A stretch of DNA of 53,816 bases, filler included, from Basidiobolus ranarum (lineage: Eukaryota): the NCBI GenBank assembly GCA_040143965.1. It is 2 parts of 2 records of this genome, joined end to end, with 100 filler letters (N's around TTAATTAATTAA, not from the genome) between each part and the next. Parts side by side here need not be neighbours in the genome. Positions count along the whole stretch, not along the records: positions 1 to 26,925 come from JASJQH010000128.1; positions 27,026 to 53,816 come from JASJQH010000129.1. The stretch is one strand, 5' to 3'. The position numbers were made by a program, and so were the translations under genes. Every line of letters begins with the position of its first letter. Positions within the stretch are counted from its first letter, which is position 1. Below the pieces are notes generated by a model. It was not told where the DNA came from. It saw only the letters and a program-made list of their open reading frames with translations, and ran no database searches. Below, piece after piece: positions 24,505 through 38,449 of this stretch.

Positions 24505-26090
24505 ATGTCCGAAAAAATGGAAATCGATGTACCTGTAACTGAATTTTTGGCCCAAGAAAGAAAGAAGGCACCTAAAAATCTTCAAGAATATTATATGATT
24601 TTTGAAGATCTGTATGAACGCAAGTAAGAATGAATTTAATAGAGATCACTTGAACAAAGAAATATTTGATCAAGTGCGCTCAAAGTCATGTAACTCGAGA
24701 ACTTGTAAACTAATTACTTACACTCAATAGACTATGGCATCAGCTTACCACTCGTTTAGAAGAATTTGTGAGCCAACCAGAATCTGGTCCGTTCTTGGTT
24801 CCTTTATATCAACATTTTGTCTCCGATTGGGCCAAAAAGATGAACAAGTTAAAGCTTGTTGGTTTTGCACTATCTGCAGCCGCGCAATTTCAAGGTAACT
24901 TCTTATTGTTGTCTCTTTTTTCATCGTTAAAGAATGGAAACCAACCTGGCTTGTAGATTTTAAAGAAGCTATCGAATTCCTGTCGCCTTTGATCGAAAAA
25001 GTGAATACAGCCGAAACCCAAGACGCTTATGTACTCGCCATAATGGAAACGGCCAGTTTTAAGTTATTACTTAACGATTTAGATAGCACTAAAGATGCTA
25101 TGGATGAGAGTGAAAAAATTCTTGAAACATTTGACAGTGTTGAGACCATTATTCATGCAAGTTTTTATAGAGTGTCCGCTCAATATTACAAGGTATGTTA
25201 TCTCTATCTGATATTATATTCACTCAAATATTGTATTTATTGATTTTTGAACAGGCCAAAGCAGACTTTGTTCAATACTATAAGAATGCCCTTCTTTTCT
25301 TGGCCTGCGTCAATCTTGATGATTTGTCGGATGTTGAAAAGGTGGAACGGGCATATGATTTGAGTTTGGCTGCTCTTCTTGGTGAAACAATTTACAACTT
25401 TGGAGAGCTAGTACGCAACTACTTAATTGAATAGTAGTAGCTTTTGAGCATTTTATTGATAGAAATCTTCTCTTATTTAGCTCATGCATCCCATATTAGA
25501 AGTCTTGAAAAACGGCGAACACGAATGGCTATATAAACTTCTATTTATTGTTAATACAGGTGATATTGGCAAGTTCGAAGCCTTATCTGCCCAGTTCACT
25601 AAACAGGTAAGCGAAAATATCATACCCCTTTTAATTAGCGAATCAATGAACTAAGATTCAATATCAAAGCCACTTCTCGAAAGTTACTCCGCTTTCTTAA
25701 GGCAAAAAATATGCTTGATGTCGCTCATTGAATCCATTTTCAAACGTTCCGCTGACAACAGACGTATTCTTTTTTCGGACATTTCTGCTGAAACTAAACT
25801 TCCAATTGATGAGGTATAAGATATAGATAGTAATGAATGTCGTATACGTATTGCTAAACAATGATATTATTAAGGTTGAACATCTCGTCATGAAGGGGCT
25901 TTCTCTTAATCTAATCCGTGGCTCGATTGATCAAGTTGAACAAGTAGTACATATCACCTGGGTACAATCCCGCTACATGGATATCAACCAAGTTGATGGC
26001 ATGAGACTCCGACTCAACGAATGGAGCCAAAATGTTGACAAAATAGCTATCTTGATGGAGGACCTCACACCAGAATTGTTTATTCAGTAA
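24505..26090 (+). CDS. RPN9: 26S proteasome lid subunit Rpn9/PSMD13, 7 exons
   Basis: FEDLYERKLWHQLT, YYKNALLFLAC, AYDLSLAALLGETIYNFGELLMHPIL, FLRQKICLMSL, VEHLVMKGLSLNLIRGSIDQV...ITWVQSR. Confidence 0.95.
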
Positions 26091-26925
26091 AGCCAGTTTC
26101 GCCACATACACATGTTCACTTTCGTCCATACTTCATATAGTAATGTATACTCTCTTCATCATACTACCCAAGATTTGCTTATAAAATTGGAAATAAAAGT
26201 CGATCAGACATGGATGTAGAGATGTTGATTAAAAGATATGTGCTGGCTTGATGTTGAGGCGGTACGTTCGCTGACACAACGCAACTATCATATTAAAGCA
26301 AGATGGGCAAATGTATCGAGAAGCCAAGCGAAATCGCAGCTCATTCAGCCCAAAAGACTCCCTCAACTCTATTGATCTGAACATTCAAATTAAAATCACC
26401 TGGTACAATACACCAACTGAGGATGTTTGTATCGCTTATAGTTGGCTTTTACTAGATGTATGTTGTATATCGAAACATTTAATACATGATCCATAAACTT
26501 GTAATATCTATCTTACTATGGAAATTACTTGATCCAACCAGAATGAGGTCGAACCTTTACAAAAAAAATGGTCAGATGCTAGCAAAGATTCGTTTGAGGT
26601 TACCTTAGACCATCTACAGTCGAAACAAAATCCGCAAGTTCAAGTCCTCATGATTTCCAGTGTGGCCTTGAAATAGCGTTAATAGTTTTCGAGTCTAACC
26701 AAAGTAATCAGTAAATGGGATGATTGTGAATTTTTCTGTCACTGTATTACCACACCATCAATCCAAATATACCCGCAATCTAGATCCTTTGGATGGAAGA
26801 TGGATGTTATGAGTACGTGGCATAATGCGACTGCGGCCACTTACTGCTACGTATCAACGAGTCGCATGATCATGAACACTTGGCTGCTGCCAAATACTCT
26901 GGTTTCTCAGCTCAGAGAGATATAT

Positions 26926-27025
26926 NNNNNNNNNNNNNNNNNNNNNNNNNNNNNNNNNNNNNNNNNNNNTTAATTAATTAANNNNNNNNNNNNNNNNNNN
27001 NNNNNNNNNNNNNNNNNNNNNNNNN
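26926..27025. other. 100-nt assembly gap containing an artificial six-frame stop linker TTAATTAATTAA (26970-26981)
   Basis: 44 N, then TTAATTAATTAA, then 44 N. Confidence 0.95.
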
Positions 27026-27811
27026 TGTTGTTGTCAGTAATAGCTGAAGAGGACATGCCTGTTATAATATAGCATAATAACAAGTGGGTTCAAGTGATTT
27101 ATATGTACAGGAAAGACAAACTTTAAGAAAGTCGGTAGTAATAATACACTAGAAATATATATCTATATATCAATAATTAAAGCACAGAAAGCCTGAACAC
27201 TGTCACAACTTGAAAAGAGAGTAGGGTTTAATGGGATGAAAACTGCAAAGAGTGAGAGAGTCTTACAGGGAAAATATAACTACGCATCGATTACACTGTA
27301 CGCTTTTAAAGGATACTTGATTAACATCTGGTATTTGCAAACGAAATTAAACCATAGTGGTAAAGAATAAACTTGCACTAATGACTATGAAGTATATTAC
27401 ATAGATAATATAAGTAATCTTCTCACCAATTCGCACTATAACCCATCAAATAACTCCACCAAATCCTCAAACTGGGACTTACGAGTCATTCCTGATTAAT
27501 CTATATTTTCTAACTTCTGGAACTATATGTTTGGCGCCTACTGCGATCCAAGAACGAAGCACAGCACTAGCATAGAGATTCAATTATCTATAAACAAGCA
27601 CGAGCGCAGGCAGTAAGCTTGGTAAATTAAATTTCCAAGACAATATTTATATTAATGACCTCTTAGTTGAACTATGTCTTTCGTATGTCTAGGATAGAGA
27701 ACCACCATTACAACTCATGTTTAGTTGGACGGTTAATGCTACAACATATTTACGTTTAGTTGGACGGTTAACGGTTTGTCTGCTTAAGCAAGATATTTTT
27801 ATCTAGGCAAG

Positions 27812-27819
27812 CAGTCACA
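27812..27819 (+). promoter_or_regulatory. Homol D box (CAGTCACA) in the RPS24 promoter
   Basis: Exact match about 220 nt upstream of the ribosomal protein ATG. A pyrimidine tract at about 27982-28002 lies near the probable transcription start. Confidence 0.55.
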
Positions 27820-28036
27820 TGCGAGGCAATTCAAACGTGGAGCGTAAATCAAGTGTAAGTCAATCCAATCCGTATCTCGTTTTATTTAAGTGATTGGACG
27901 AGAGGCATGTACTGAGTCAGGTACGCAGAGGATTTTTTTCAGGATGATCAGTAAAATAAAGTACATGGAATCTGACTGAGGTTCTCTCTTTTCCCTGTTT
28001 CTATACCCCCGTGGTTCAAGGACTGAAATTATTAAG

Positions 28037-28575
28037 ATGGTCAGTATAGAGAATTAATAAACCTAACATAATATATTCGGAAGCACCATCTCCAAACGAA
28101 TGGATGGATTGAATTACCAAGTAGATAGATTGTTCTGTAGTAGCATGCAAAATAACATTATTTACTTCAATATTTGCAGGCCGACGCTACTGTCACTATT
28201 CGTACTCGTAAATTCTTGACCAACCGTCTTTTGCAACGCAAACAGTTCGTTGTCGATATTTTGCACCCTGGTAAGGCTAATATCAGCAAGGATGAACTTC
28301 GTGAGAAGCTCGCCAAGATGTACAAATCCGAGAAGGAAAACGTTTTCTGCTTCGGTTTCCGTAACGCTTTCGGTGGTGGTAAATCTACTGGGTTTGCCCT
28401 CATCTATGACTCCTTAGATGCCGCTAAGAAGTTCGAGCCCAAGTACCGTTTGGTTCGTCACGGTCTTGCCGAGAATGGTATTACATCACGCAAACAACGT
28501 AAGGAACGTAAGAACCGTCTCAAGAAGCTTCGTGGTACTGCCAAGACCAAGGGCCCTAAGACCAAGTCTGAATAA
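28037..28575 (+). CDS. RPS24: 40S ribosomal protein S24/eS24 (exon 1 = ATG 28037-28039, exon 2 = 28180-28575)
   Basis: [28 protein letters not shown]...[15 protein letters not shown]...KKFEPKYRL. Confidence 0.97.
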
Positions 28576-29088
28576 ATTCTTTCCAGTATATCCACGGTTG
28601 AACTTGCTGTCTTGTTGGACAAAGCTCAATAAATTTATTTCATTCATCCTACACCTCATGAAGACACATGGCCAACTGTTCTAGTAGTAACATAGTTCAT
28701 ATCCAATTTTAATGTATATGTTTAAAAAGCCTTGGATCTAAGCCTAGACTAAATCTTTTCAGAGATAATAAATCATTGCACGAATAATTTTTGCAAGTTG
28801 TGAATATGCATGGGAGGGATATCCTATTGGTTTTCAATCTTAATTCCACATGTAGAGTGTATATTTTCGAGGGGGGGCGTAAACTTTATTCCATATAAAT
28901 GACTTTCTCACCCTGTGCTTATCTGTCCAAGTAGCGTTTCCCTTTAATTTCAAGACAAGGTTATTGCAACTTTATGCTTCCTTTTTTCTAACGCTTTAAC
29001 TCTAAACTAAGGATCTTAGTTTTCCAATCACTTATAAAACAAAACCCGTAACACTAATCCTTAACCATTAGCTTAAAGCCTTTTAACT

Positions 29089-29786
29089 ATGAGTAGATAT
29101 CTTGACTTTGAAAAACAGTTCATCTTTTATGGCCAACATCATGCCAACAGAGTCAATATCGTCAGTCACGTTGTAGGAATCCCTCTCCTAATGTGGAGTG
29201 GCTTCGCTTTAACCGTGAAATTGGGGCCTCTATTTCATTTGGATTTTCTGGGTCCTCAGCCTGTCCCCGTCCATCTTCCTTGGTTCGCAGTTCTAGCATA
29301 TATGTCATTTTATATGTTACTCGAACCAGTGGCTGCGGTAAACTTTAACCACTGAGTATTATTTTTGTACGCTGTCTTAACCCAAATAATTCTAGATCTT
29401 CTATTCGCCTGTACTATTATGCACGGCTTATTATTCCTTACGTTTCTCCAACGCCTTGCCGAACTATTTTCAATGGGCTTTATTTTTACATTTAGGTTGC
29501 TGGGGACTTCAATTGTTTACCCATCGGTTTTTTGAAAAGCAACCTTTAAATTTACGCGATAATCTCATCCACGGTAATTAGTCTTGACATATATTAGTTG
29601 AAATTGGCGATATTGATAATTATTTTCTATCCAGTTCTCCTTTTCTCCCCGTTCTTTGTCTTTCTTGAGATACTCTTCGCTTTGGGATATCGTCCAGCTT
29701 TACAAAGTCGTATGCAAATAGCGGTTGGAAAGGCTGTCTATGCTGAGCAGAAGAAAAAGAATATGACGAATGGTAAACGTCAGTAA
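29089..29786 (+). CDS. MPO1: Mpo1-like (DUF962) 2-hydroxy fatty acid dioxygenase, 3 exons (29089-29337, 29396-29573, 29635-29786)
   Basis: DFEKQFIFYGQHHANRVNIVSHVVGIP, QLFTHRFFEK...DNL and PFFVFLEILFALGYRPAL. Confidence 0.8.
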
Positions 29787-30416
29787 TATCTAGAATGAAT
29801 CCACCAAATTAATAGTATGCGAAGGTAGAATATCCAATCTATTTAATGCAAATTTTTAGATTTCGGTACATTTCAGTGTAATTATTGATACCTCTTCATT
29901 TTACTTTCTCTTCGGTATCCAAAAGACATGAACTATCGTTCAAGTGGGGATCGCCTTTCCCTTCTACAATCGCTTTTCCTTTCGGTATGAGAGATTCTTT
30001 ACTATTAGGGCTTCTATATGGCTATTGGCTTCCTCTACCCTTTCCTCCTTCTTCCCTCCACTCTTCTCTCCTCCCCCTCACTACGCTAATTAGTTACTAC
30101 TTTTAGTTACTTTGCTTTCTACACTCTTCACACAAATCCCTAGGGATTTTTTATCGTATTTTTATGAAGATTTAAGATATTATACTAAATGAAAAGAACG
30201 GACGTTGCTATTTATTCTCTCCTTCGCATTTATATGAAATGGTCACCAAACCCATGGCTATATCCAAAATGAGACCAGAAATTCGGAAAGATTCCCAATA
30301 TTCTATGCAACCAGATAAATAAACCAAGCAAGTAATAGCGATTAAAGCGATTAAAGCGCAACAACTCTACAAAGTGAATCTTAAATAGTCAAATCTCGAG
30401 AAAAAAAGGAAATCAA

Positions 30417-32101
30417 CTATTGTATCAACTCATTTAACATCTTCTCCCATAATTGAATCTTCTGTCGTTCTAAATCCAGCTGTTTACGTGCATATGTATT
30501 AAAGCAACTCAAAAAATCGTAACTTTTGGTTTCTTCATAAACTTCGATCTCACTTCTTAAATTCTTATCAATCTTATTATGTAGCGCACGTTTGTACGTT
30601 TCAAATTGTTTGGCCTACATGGGATATGAATATTGGATATAGATGGGATTCATTCAATATCGAGTTGGAAAGGGATGTGAAGTAAACTATGTCTTACCTC
30701 TTCAAGATCTTCCACTGCCTGGTTTACTTTCTCGGCTTTAATATTTGCAGATGCTTTCATTACTATGATAGCCTGTCGTCTTTTTTCCGAGGTTTTGACC
30801 GAAGTGTCATAATCCGCTTTGACATTGATTCGATTCAATAGTAAGAGCTATTACCCAAGGGAAGAGTCCATTAACATCCATTCAAATCTCTTTGTTCACT
30901 TGAAAGATGTTCCTTTACCTGAATGTACTTGGCATTTCTGATGTAGTTGTCAAAGAGGTATCCGAGGATAGTGTTCTTATGATCCGTCTACAAACCATGG
31001 AGCTCTCCTTGAATATTCGTAGATAGATGTTGAATACCGAAAATCCATACCTGTACTCCATTTAATTCACTACATTTAAGGAAGCATTCCCCCAACCTTC
31101 GTAAAGATCTAAGAATTCGATAGAGAATGAGTGAATAACATACATAGATTAACTGTACTGATTGGGAGCGGAGACTTTACTTGGATAGAGGACTGTTGAC
31201 TTCTGATGCGGCAAACAAAGATAATTTATCAGCAACTTCAACTTCAGATCCACTTAAATCTAGTTGATAGAAAGAGAAGTTGAGCAGGATTTACTTTAGA
31301 ATATGTGAAGGTGGTTGTAGTAAGTATTCGATTTACTTTTTCTGGCTCTACTTATGCGAGTTAATATTTTCGAGGAATTTTGAAGGTTATTTTCTAGGGC
31401 AACTAATGCAGAATACTCCCTATCCAATGGATCTCTTTTATCATCCGATAAGCTACCAGTATCTTTGGCTTTTGTCCGAAAACGACTGATTTTAATGGGG
31501 TTGGCTCTGCTGGTTGGTGTATACTACAAGTTACCATAAATCAACGGTGAAAAATGGTTACGTAAATCCACTATAAAGTAAGAGCATACAAGAACATACC
31601 ACAAAGTCCGATTCGATGAAAGACTGAAGTTCCGAATCTTGACGTAAAATGGGATGTGCCGCCAATCTACTCAAAAATATTTGAAGGGAATTCTTACTCA
31701 ACCGTAAACTTTTATCAAAGTTGGTAGATTCGTCTGGTTGACGTGGAAGTATAGGAACAATACATTCTGGATAAGCGTTAACTAAATAATTATGTAACCT
31801 CTCAAACTCTGCGTAGGTTCTTTCGATGGTGTCATAATTCCTTTTTTTATATTGTGTCAAGTCGGTCTTGTTTGATGTAGGAGGGTAAGGAAAAATGGGG
31901 AGTTTTCATTGAGTAGGTTGTACATTGTGTGTTCAGTATTGCATAACTTACTTGGGCTTTGATGCGGTAAACAAGCTCTCTTTTGGCTTTGTCGATGGAA
32001 GTGAGGGTAAGAGTAAGTGGAGTGTCTTCCTGTTTGTAGAAGGTGGCTGGTTGTTTGGACATTTCAGTCTCAGTGACTCTTCCAACTACTGGTTCTGGCA
32101 T
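30417..32101 (-). CDS. VPS17: PX-BAR sorting nexin, Vps17-like, multi-exon
   Basis: PX domain TDLTQYKKRNYDTIERTYAEFERLHNYLVNAYPECIVPILP...HPILRQDSELQSFIESDF. BAR tail KASANIKAEKVNQAVEDLEE. Confidence 0.75.
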
Positions 32102-32593
32102 AAAAATACTTTCTCAGGTTAAATAGGGGATAGAAGAACAAGTTACTTCTCAACCAAATAGGAGCATTTCGATTAGAAAATTGGATAAAACTGCTTAATT
32201 GGAAATAGTGTACAATAGGAGCAAAATAGTTGGGTGAAACAATAGACCACCTAAAATATCCAGTCTACTTGGCATTTATGTATAATGAACGTATAATGAA
32301 ATGAAATCAAGGCCCACTCAGCTGAATTGATGGACTTGATTGAATTGATTGCCTATCGTGGGTTAAACAGTCACAGTCTAATAATAGTTTAGAAATCCAG
32401 TATATCTCGCTTTCTTAAGTAAGGCTAAAAGAGTTATAGGTAACCAGAGTTTTACTCAGCTTCAAGTGAAGCTAAAATGGTAGCACATTGGTGTAGCAGT
32501 AATGTAAAGTTTAACAAATAAGGAGGTTTTTTCTATGAATGGTACTTTAATTTACAACAATCAAGAAAGAGACTAATATGAGCACCATAGAAC

Positions 32594-34659
32594 CTAAACT
32601 AATAACGGACTATCAATAACGGCAAAACCGGTAGCAACGCCTCCCTCTTTGGTATCTGAAAGCTTGGTGCGTAGCAAATGGCCAGCATTTTCATTAACTA
32701 GAACCTTGGAGCCGTCACTGGAGTTTCAGCGTAAATACAAACACAAGCAATGAGCGACATAGAACTAAAATAGCAATACACTAAAAATTCTAACCTGATC
32801 CAGATACCGTACACTCCAAGCTCACTAACGAACTTGCCATCGTATAGCTGTCCTTGACGGACCACCACATTCTCAATGGTAGGTGGGACGATCAAATCCA
32901 TGAGAATGTATGCACTTTGTTGCTCTACGGACATATTCTTTAAGGTATCAGGGATGTCTTGTCCGTAAATATTGTTTCCACCACCTTCACGTTGTGGTTT
33001 CATCACGAAACGATCAGGCTCATTTGAGGCCATATCGGCAGCTGCACGACCTTCCGGAGTTCCATCCAACGGATACAGTCCAGCGAAAGAATCGCGAATT
33101 CTCTTAGCAATAGTCTTATCCTTCACGAACCTGATGAACAATGGTCAATTAAGTCACAGTTATATTTGGGTGATATTTCAGTACCTCTCTAGTAAACTGG
33201 GCTTTGCTAGAACTTGTTGTACTTTCTTGGCACCCACAAGCTGATAAGCAATGGTTGGGCACTTGATGGAGCGAGAACGTTCAATAAGAAGTCTGGCATC
33301 CCATTCCTAAATGAAATGTGTCTTTGTCTTAGGGCTGATGTTAATTTCACGGGTCAGAATAAGAACCAAAGAATACCTTGGTGGTGGGATGGTCATTAGG
33401 TCCGTAACCAGAGCGGAAATATGTCACAGAAATCTGCTTACCATCGCTGAGGAGATAAGGAAAAAGCAAAAACACTTAGGAGGGTTGCCAGTAGGTTCAC
33501 AAGCACATGAAATACTTACATCAACAAATTACGGTTGTCATCTAAAGTAACTTGCTCTGCTACTTCCGCAAGAGTTTTGCGCACTACGCGTACGCCATGG
33601 CTTTGAAAATCAAATATCGGTCAGTTACGTTCAAATATCGTCTATAAAGATAATGAGTGGATTTACTTGTTGAGCAAGTTGTATTCAATCCAGCGCTGAT
33701 CAAAGATGTTACGTTCGTTTGGCTGGACTACAAACAAAATGACAGCCCTGTTAGAGTAAGATGTCGTTCGTTAGGGTTAAAATCAGTAAGATGATTGAAT
33801 GTCAAAATATATCGAGCATCGCTTACTCCTTAACGCCAAAAATTTCGTGTGCTTGAGCCAGTCCTTTGGCTATACCAGTGAAAGATTTGCTTTCTGGAAG
33901 TGATTCCTCAGCAAAGAGAGAGGTGTCGAACTCGGGATGGAAGTTCTGAATATAATTCACCAGATACCTATGGACTCCGCGATTAGTCAAAGTTCCAAGG
34001 ATAGGTTCTCTACCACACTTACTTGTGCAACTGCCCTGTCAATCCAGTCAAACTTCCAAACGAAGAAGCAATTGTATTAAATTCCACTTGTTGAATAATA
34101 GGCTCTTGTTCACCAACAGCGTGCAATAAATAATCGGAACGGTGAATACCCAAAGATACGGACTAAAAAAAGAACTGTTTAAGTAACAAGTTCCAAAAGC
34201 TGATATATAGTTCGTTGAAAAGTGAATTACCTGAGAGAATCCTTCCTTCTTTACCTTCAAAAAGATATCGTACAGATTCTTCATAAACTCATCAACATTG
34301 GACAAGCTATTTTTTCAATCCTATTAATATATATATATACATATTGTTTATGAGACAGGTAACTACCTTTCCATGATTTCTTGTAAAAACTCGTGATCTT
34401 CGGAAATGGTGTGTAGAAGTTGGTTCATGGCTGGTTGGAGTTCAAGTGCTTCTTGAAAACAATGTTTAGGGAATGGCGAAGGGAATAAAGCAAAGGGTGC
34501 GTTGATGACTTCTCCAGCCGGTGGTAACCCAGTTTGTGTGTCTACCGGACCACGCATTACAAGGCCATGAGCAAAAGCCCAATCCAAAGCTACTTGCTTT
34601 AATTCTTCCAACAAAGCAGGAGAGGCAGAAGGTGGGTATTGAGGAAAAGTATAGGGCAT
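32594..34659 (-). CDS. GSH2: Glutathione synthetase (eukaryotic type), multi-exon
   Basis: [72 protein letters not shown] and GHLLRTK...[14 protein letters not shown]. Confidence 0.95.
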
Positions 34660-35303
34660 GTTGATGTCAAGTGAAGTATCTACCGGGTATTTGCTGTAGA
34701 AAATTAAAGTTAAGCACACTACGAATAGTGACTGAAGTTGCAATTTAGAAGGTCGATAAATATTGGCTCTCTTATAACCTTGGTAAGAAAAAGCTTGATG
34801 ATAATTTGGAAACGATGGGTATTTTTTAAATTCTGAATGACATATATTGAAAATCGAATATTTGTTTAGTAATCAAAAATTGCACCTTGCCTAGAAAAAA
34901 GGATATTTCTTGGGTTGCTTAGTAATTTAGTGAATAAAATCCAATCCCGATATATTCAGTAAATCTACAGCCATTGCGAATATATGTTCTAAATCACCTA
35001 CATAAATCACCTACATCAGATGCGCTCGCAAAAAGAATGTTAGCTCCAAATTAGATTAGATCCAGTACATTCATTATAGCATATCATTGGTTCTGCGTAA
35101 TCAGTTGGCATTAAAACAGTTCCTTGATAATCATCTCTAGAGTATATGCGTTACGCACTCCATCATTATTATAGTTAATAAAGATTTATTGAACAGGTTC
35201 ATAAACAAAGAGCCAAAAACTATTTCAAGACAGATAAATGACGAAAAGCGTGGGATACAGCGTCAAAGGAGCAATCACTGAGCTTTTAAGCCATTCTTAA
35301 GAA

Positions 35304-35984
35304 TCAATAAAAAGTTCCTTCTTGAGGTTGAGGGAGTTTACGGTTGTGAGGATGAGCCATTTCGCTATTACAAGTAGAAATATTTAACACCTGTACATAA
35401 TACTATAATATTCTTTCAGGATAAACACTTACCGACGAATCTCAGTCAAAACGGTTTCCAAGGTATAATTACGCTTCCAGTTATGTAAACAGTTTAATTT
35501 ACTGGACTCAACCTGGTATAAAAAGAAGGGCTTATGAGTAAATAAATTCTTGCAATATTAAAATTGCGTTGCCACATACCGAACCATTTTGTTGATTCAC
35601 ACAGGGGAGATTGATCTGAGAAAGGAAAGAAATAGTAGGTGGAGTATCAGGGTAGTTGGCATCGCAATGAATTTTTAAAGAGTAGATGCGGTTTTCATGG
35701 ACGGACTGTAGACAGAAGAGAGAGTCAATATATGTGTATACGAACATATACAAATAGAATATTGCTTACGTGAGGTGGTCCAAGAATAGTGCCATTCCAG
35801 TTACTCATCATGATGTCATCACCATCAGCCAAACCGTAACTGCAGGTACCATCTCCTATTCCCTTTTCACCTTTTTCTAATTCTTCTAAAAGACGGAAAT
35901 TTCTTGGGACTAGAAAAATGATACAATGGTTAGGGAGCTCTACCAATTGAACTGTATGCTTACTTGACACTTACCTTTAGCCAT
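35304..35984 (-). CDS. MMS2: Ubiquitin-conjugating enzyme variant Mms2/UEV, 5 exons
   Basis: [30 protein letters not shown]...[20 protein letters not shown]...KLPQPQEG. Confidence 0.95.
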
Positions 35985-36856
35985 TTTATGTAGTCAGACT
36001 TTGGAAGATATAACCAGCAAACTTTAAGGTGTTGTACGTAGAGCCTATGTATAACGCTTACCCTTCTGTTTAAAAAATAGATAAGACATCAGCATAAAAT
36101 GCCATTAAATTATTGACGCTATGGGAACTTGACTTACTATGAAGTAGTCAAAGTATGAAAGCGAAGCAGGCAACAGAAAGGATAACACGATTTTTGAATA
36201 CTTGAAAATTTAATTCGAAACGTAACCGTAGCTGGAAATTCTATTGTTATGACGTCGAATAGAAAGGTAGGACTTTCTGGATTAAATAATTCGAGAATAC
36301 ATGACTCTACAAAAGCGGTGTTTCATATTATCCCTCCAGATTGGTCTATAAATATAATAAGGTAGGAAAAGGCTTAAATGATTATATATATGCAATACTA
36401 ACAATACGATTTCACTATATAAATTAACCACCATTAATTCCAGCCTATCGACAGGACGAGATTTATGAAGACCCAATTAATGCTTAGATCATATTCTTAT
36501 ATTCTGTACTATCTTCAAATGTTTCAAGTGTGGCTCTCTTCTTCCTCAACCACCTAATTTTTTTCGACTATTTTTTTCACCTATACTTCTACTTGATTAT
36601 ATATATACATATATATATGTATATATACATTCTTTGAAAAAGCTAGACAGCCTTATCTCGAGAATATAGATTATGTCTTTTTAATAGTTAGTTACATGCT
36701 TCTACCTTATTTTACAAAACAAGACTTCGATCGGCGGATAGATAATTAAATTTCACCTCATCAACACCTGCAGCTATCTTTTTCTCGTGTTCTTATTAGT
36801 TTATTCTGGCATTTTTTCGCCAAAAGTTCAAATCATCATTCGAGTTCACCACCATT

Positions 36857-37564
36857 ATGCCTAAATCCACATCCTCCTCTAACGGTGTCAACGTCAACAA
36901 CACAGACGCTATCGAAGTCCCGGAGTTTTTTTACCTCGCTGACACTGCGCATTTAACACATCTAATCGGTAACTCCACGGTTTTGATACAGAGTTTTGTT
37001 TTATGAATTCTTATTTATAATACTTTCTCTACAGCGGATATGTTCAATCGACTAATATCACATAATGATCAGATTCCCTTGACACCTAGCAATCTAACAA
37101 GATTTCATTCGCGTACGCCACCTGGAATATCTATTTATGATTATCTGAGGCGTATAGTGAAATATACTTCGGTTGAAAAGCCGTGTCTTATTATGCTGCT
37201 TGTATACATTGATCGAGTGAGTGAGTTACACCGGAGTTTCATCATCTCGTCTTTGACCGTTCATAGATTCCTCATTACAGCAGTGGTGGTTGCTTCAAAG
37301 GCTTTATGTGACGCATATTGTACGAATACGCATTATGCAAAGGTTGGAGGAGTGTCAACACAGGAAATCAATGCTTTGGAACTCGAGTTCTTATTCTTTA
37401 TCGATTGGAAATTATATTGCTCACCAGAAACTCTACAGCAGTATTACGTGAACTTGGTCGATCAACATCCATCTTACAAACAGATCACGGAGGCGGTGGA
37501 ACCCAAGCCTAAAAGATTTAAAGCCAAGCAAGATTCAGAGCCTACCGAGGAAACTTTATCTTGA
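36857..37564 (+). CDS. PHO80: Pho80-type cyclin (exons 36857-36968, 37035-37564)
   Basis: LISHNDQIPL...LTRFHSRTPPGISIYDYLRRI...ISSLTVHRFLIT...YAKVGGV...ELEFL. Confidence 0.88.
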
Positions 37565-38449
37565 TATGAAGTTTTGTTATTTATTGTTTCATCTTATGTA
37601 ATTCACGTTTCTTTTCCTCTTTTCATTTGCTGCATTTATGTTACTTCGATCGTTGGTCCTCACATCTTGCTATACATACATTCCTCATACTTATTCTCGT
37701 TACATTCATATTTAAACTGTTTGTCTGCGGAGTTCTAAATTTCATCCCACTTTTGTATTCCGAAGCCATTACAGTTCTCTAATCACAGATAGCAACACAG
37801 CCATCTAGATTAGCAATATACAACAGCTATCTAATACATAGCTATCCAACTATCAGTACTTGCAACGATTCCAATCATATTTAGTCGAAGTGATTCTATG
37901 ATATAGCCCCAAAGCATCTTGGTCTGTTTATTTTATCGATATTTCTAGAATCTAAAGGCAACTATTAGTTTACGACGTTAATTGATGGTTGTAATTTTAA
38001 AAGCAACGAAAATCATTGGAAAGGGGAGAGTATTCTATTGATGCCAGTAGGATACAATACCAGTGAAATTGCTTCATTTCTCAGCTCTCATTTTTAAATA
38101 TAGATGGCTCTTAGAGCTACAACAGCCACTTCCTTGATGACTTTTCCTTGTGCCCCAACGATTATTTTCTATTTTAATTGGTTAAGACTGTGACTGTCGT
38201 TTGAAGAGGAAAGCACTTACCTTCTGACTGGGCTTAGATAGAGATATTAACCACTCATAAGTAGATAAGATTGTGGATGCATGGTCCACTTTGACTTATA
38301 ATTTTACCTCAACATCAAATAGACCAATGTTGTACAACGCTGAGGCGTAAATGGCTCTTAAAAAGTGGAGATTCTGCTTTTGGAAGTGTTTTGCAGTTTC
38401 ACAAAGGCATTTAGCTCAGTGTGTATTTTCAATGAACTTTGGAGCAAAA

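Noticed and set aside
26600..26670. tRNA T-loop-like GTTCAAGTCC
   Set aside because: No acceptor stem, D-arm or anticodon arm could be folded.
26926..27025. Palindromic TTAATTAATTAA island within Ns
   Set aside because: It is centred in an exact 100-nt gap and encodes stops in all six frames, so it is an artificial scaffolding linker. Adjacency across the gap is therefore unverified.
28040..28179. Intronic snoRNA in the relatively long RPS24 intron
   Set aside because: No convincing C/D (RTGATGA...CTGA) or H/ACA arrangement was seen.
29885..30106. Hydrophobic 73-aa ORF
   Set aside because: It has a TTG start and arises from a pyrimidine-rich low-complexity tract between convergent 3' ends.
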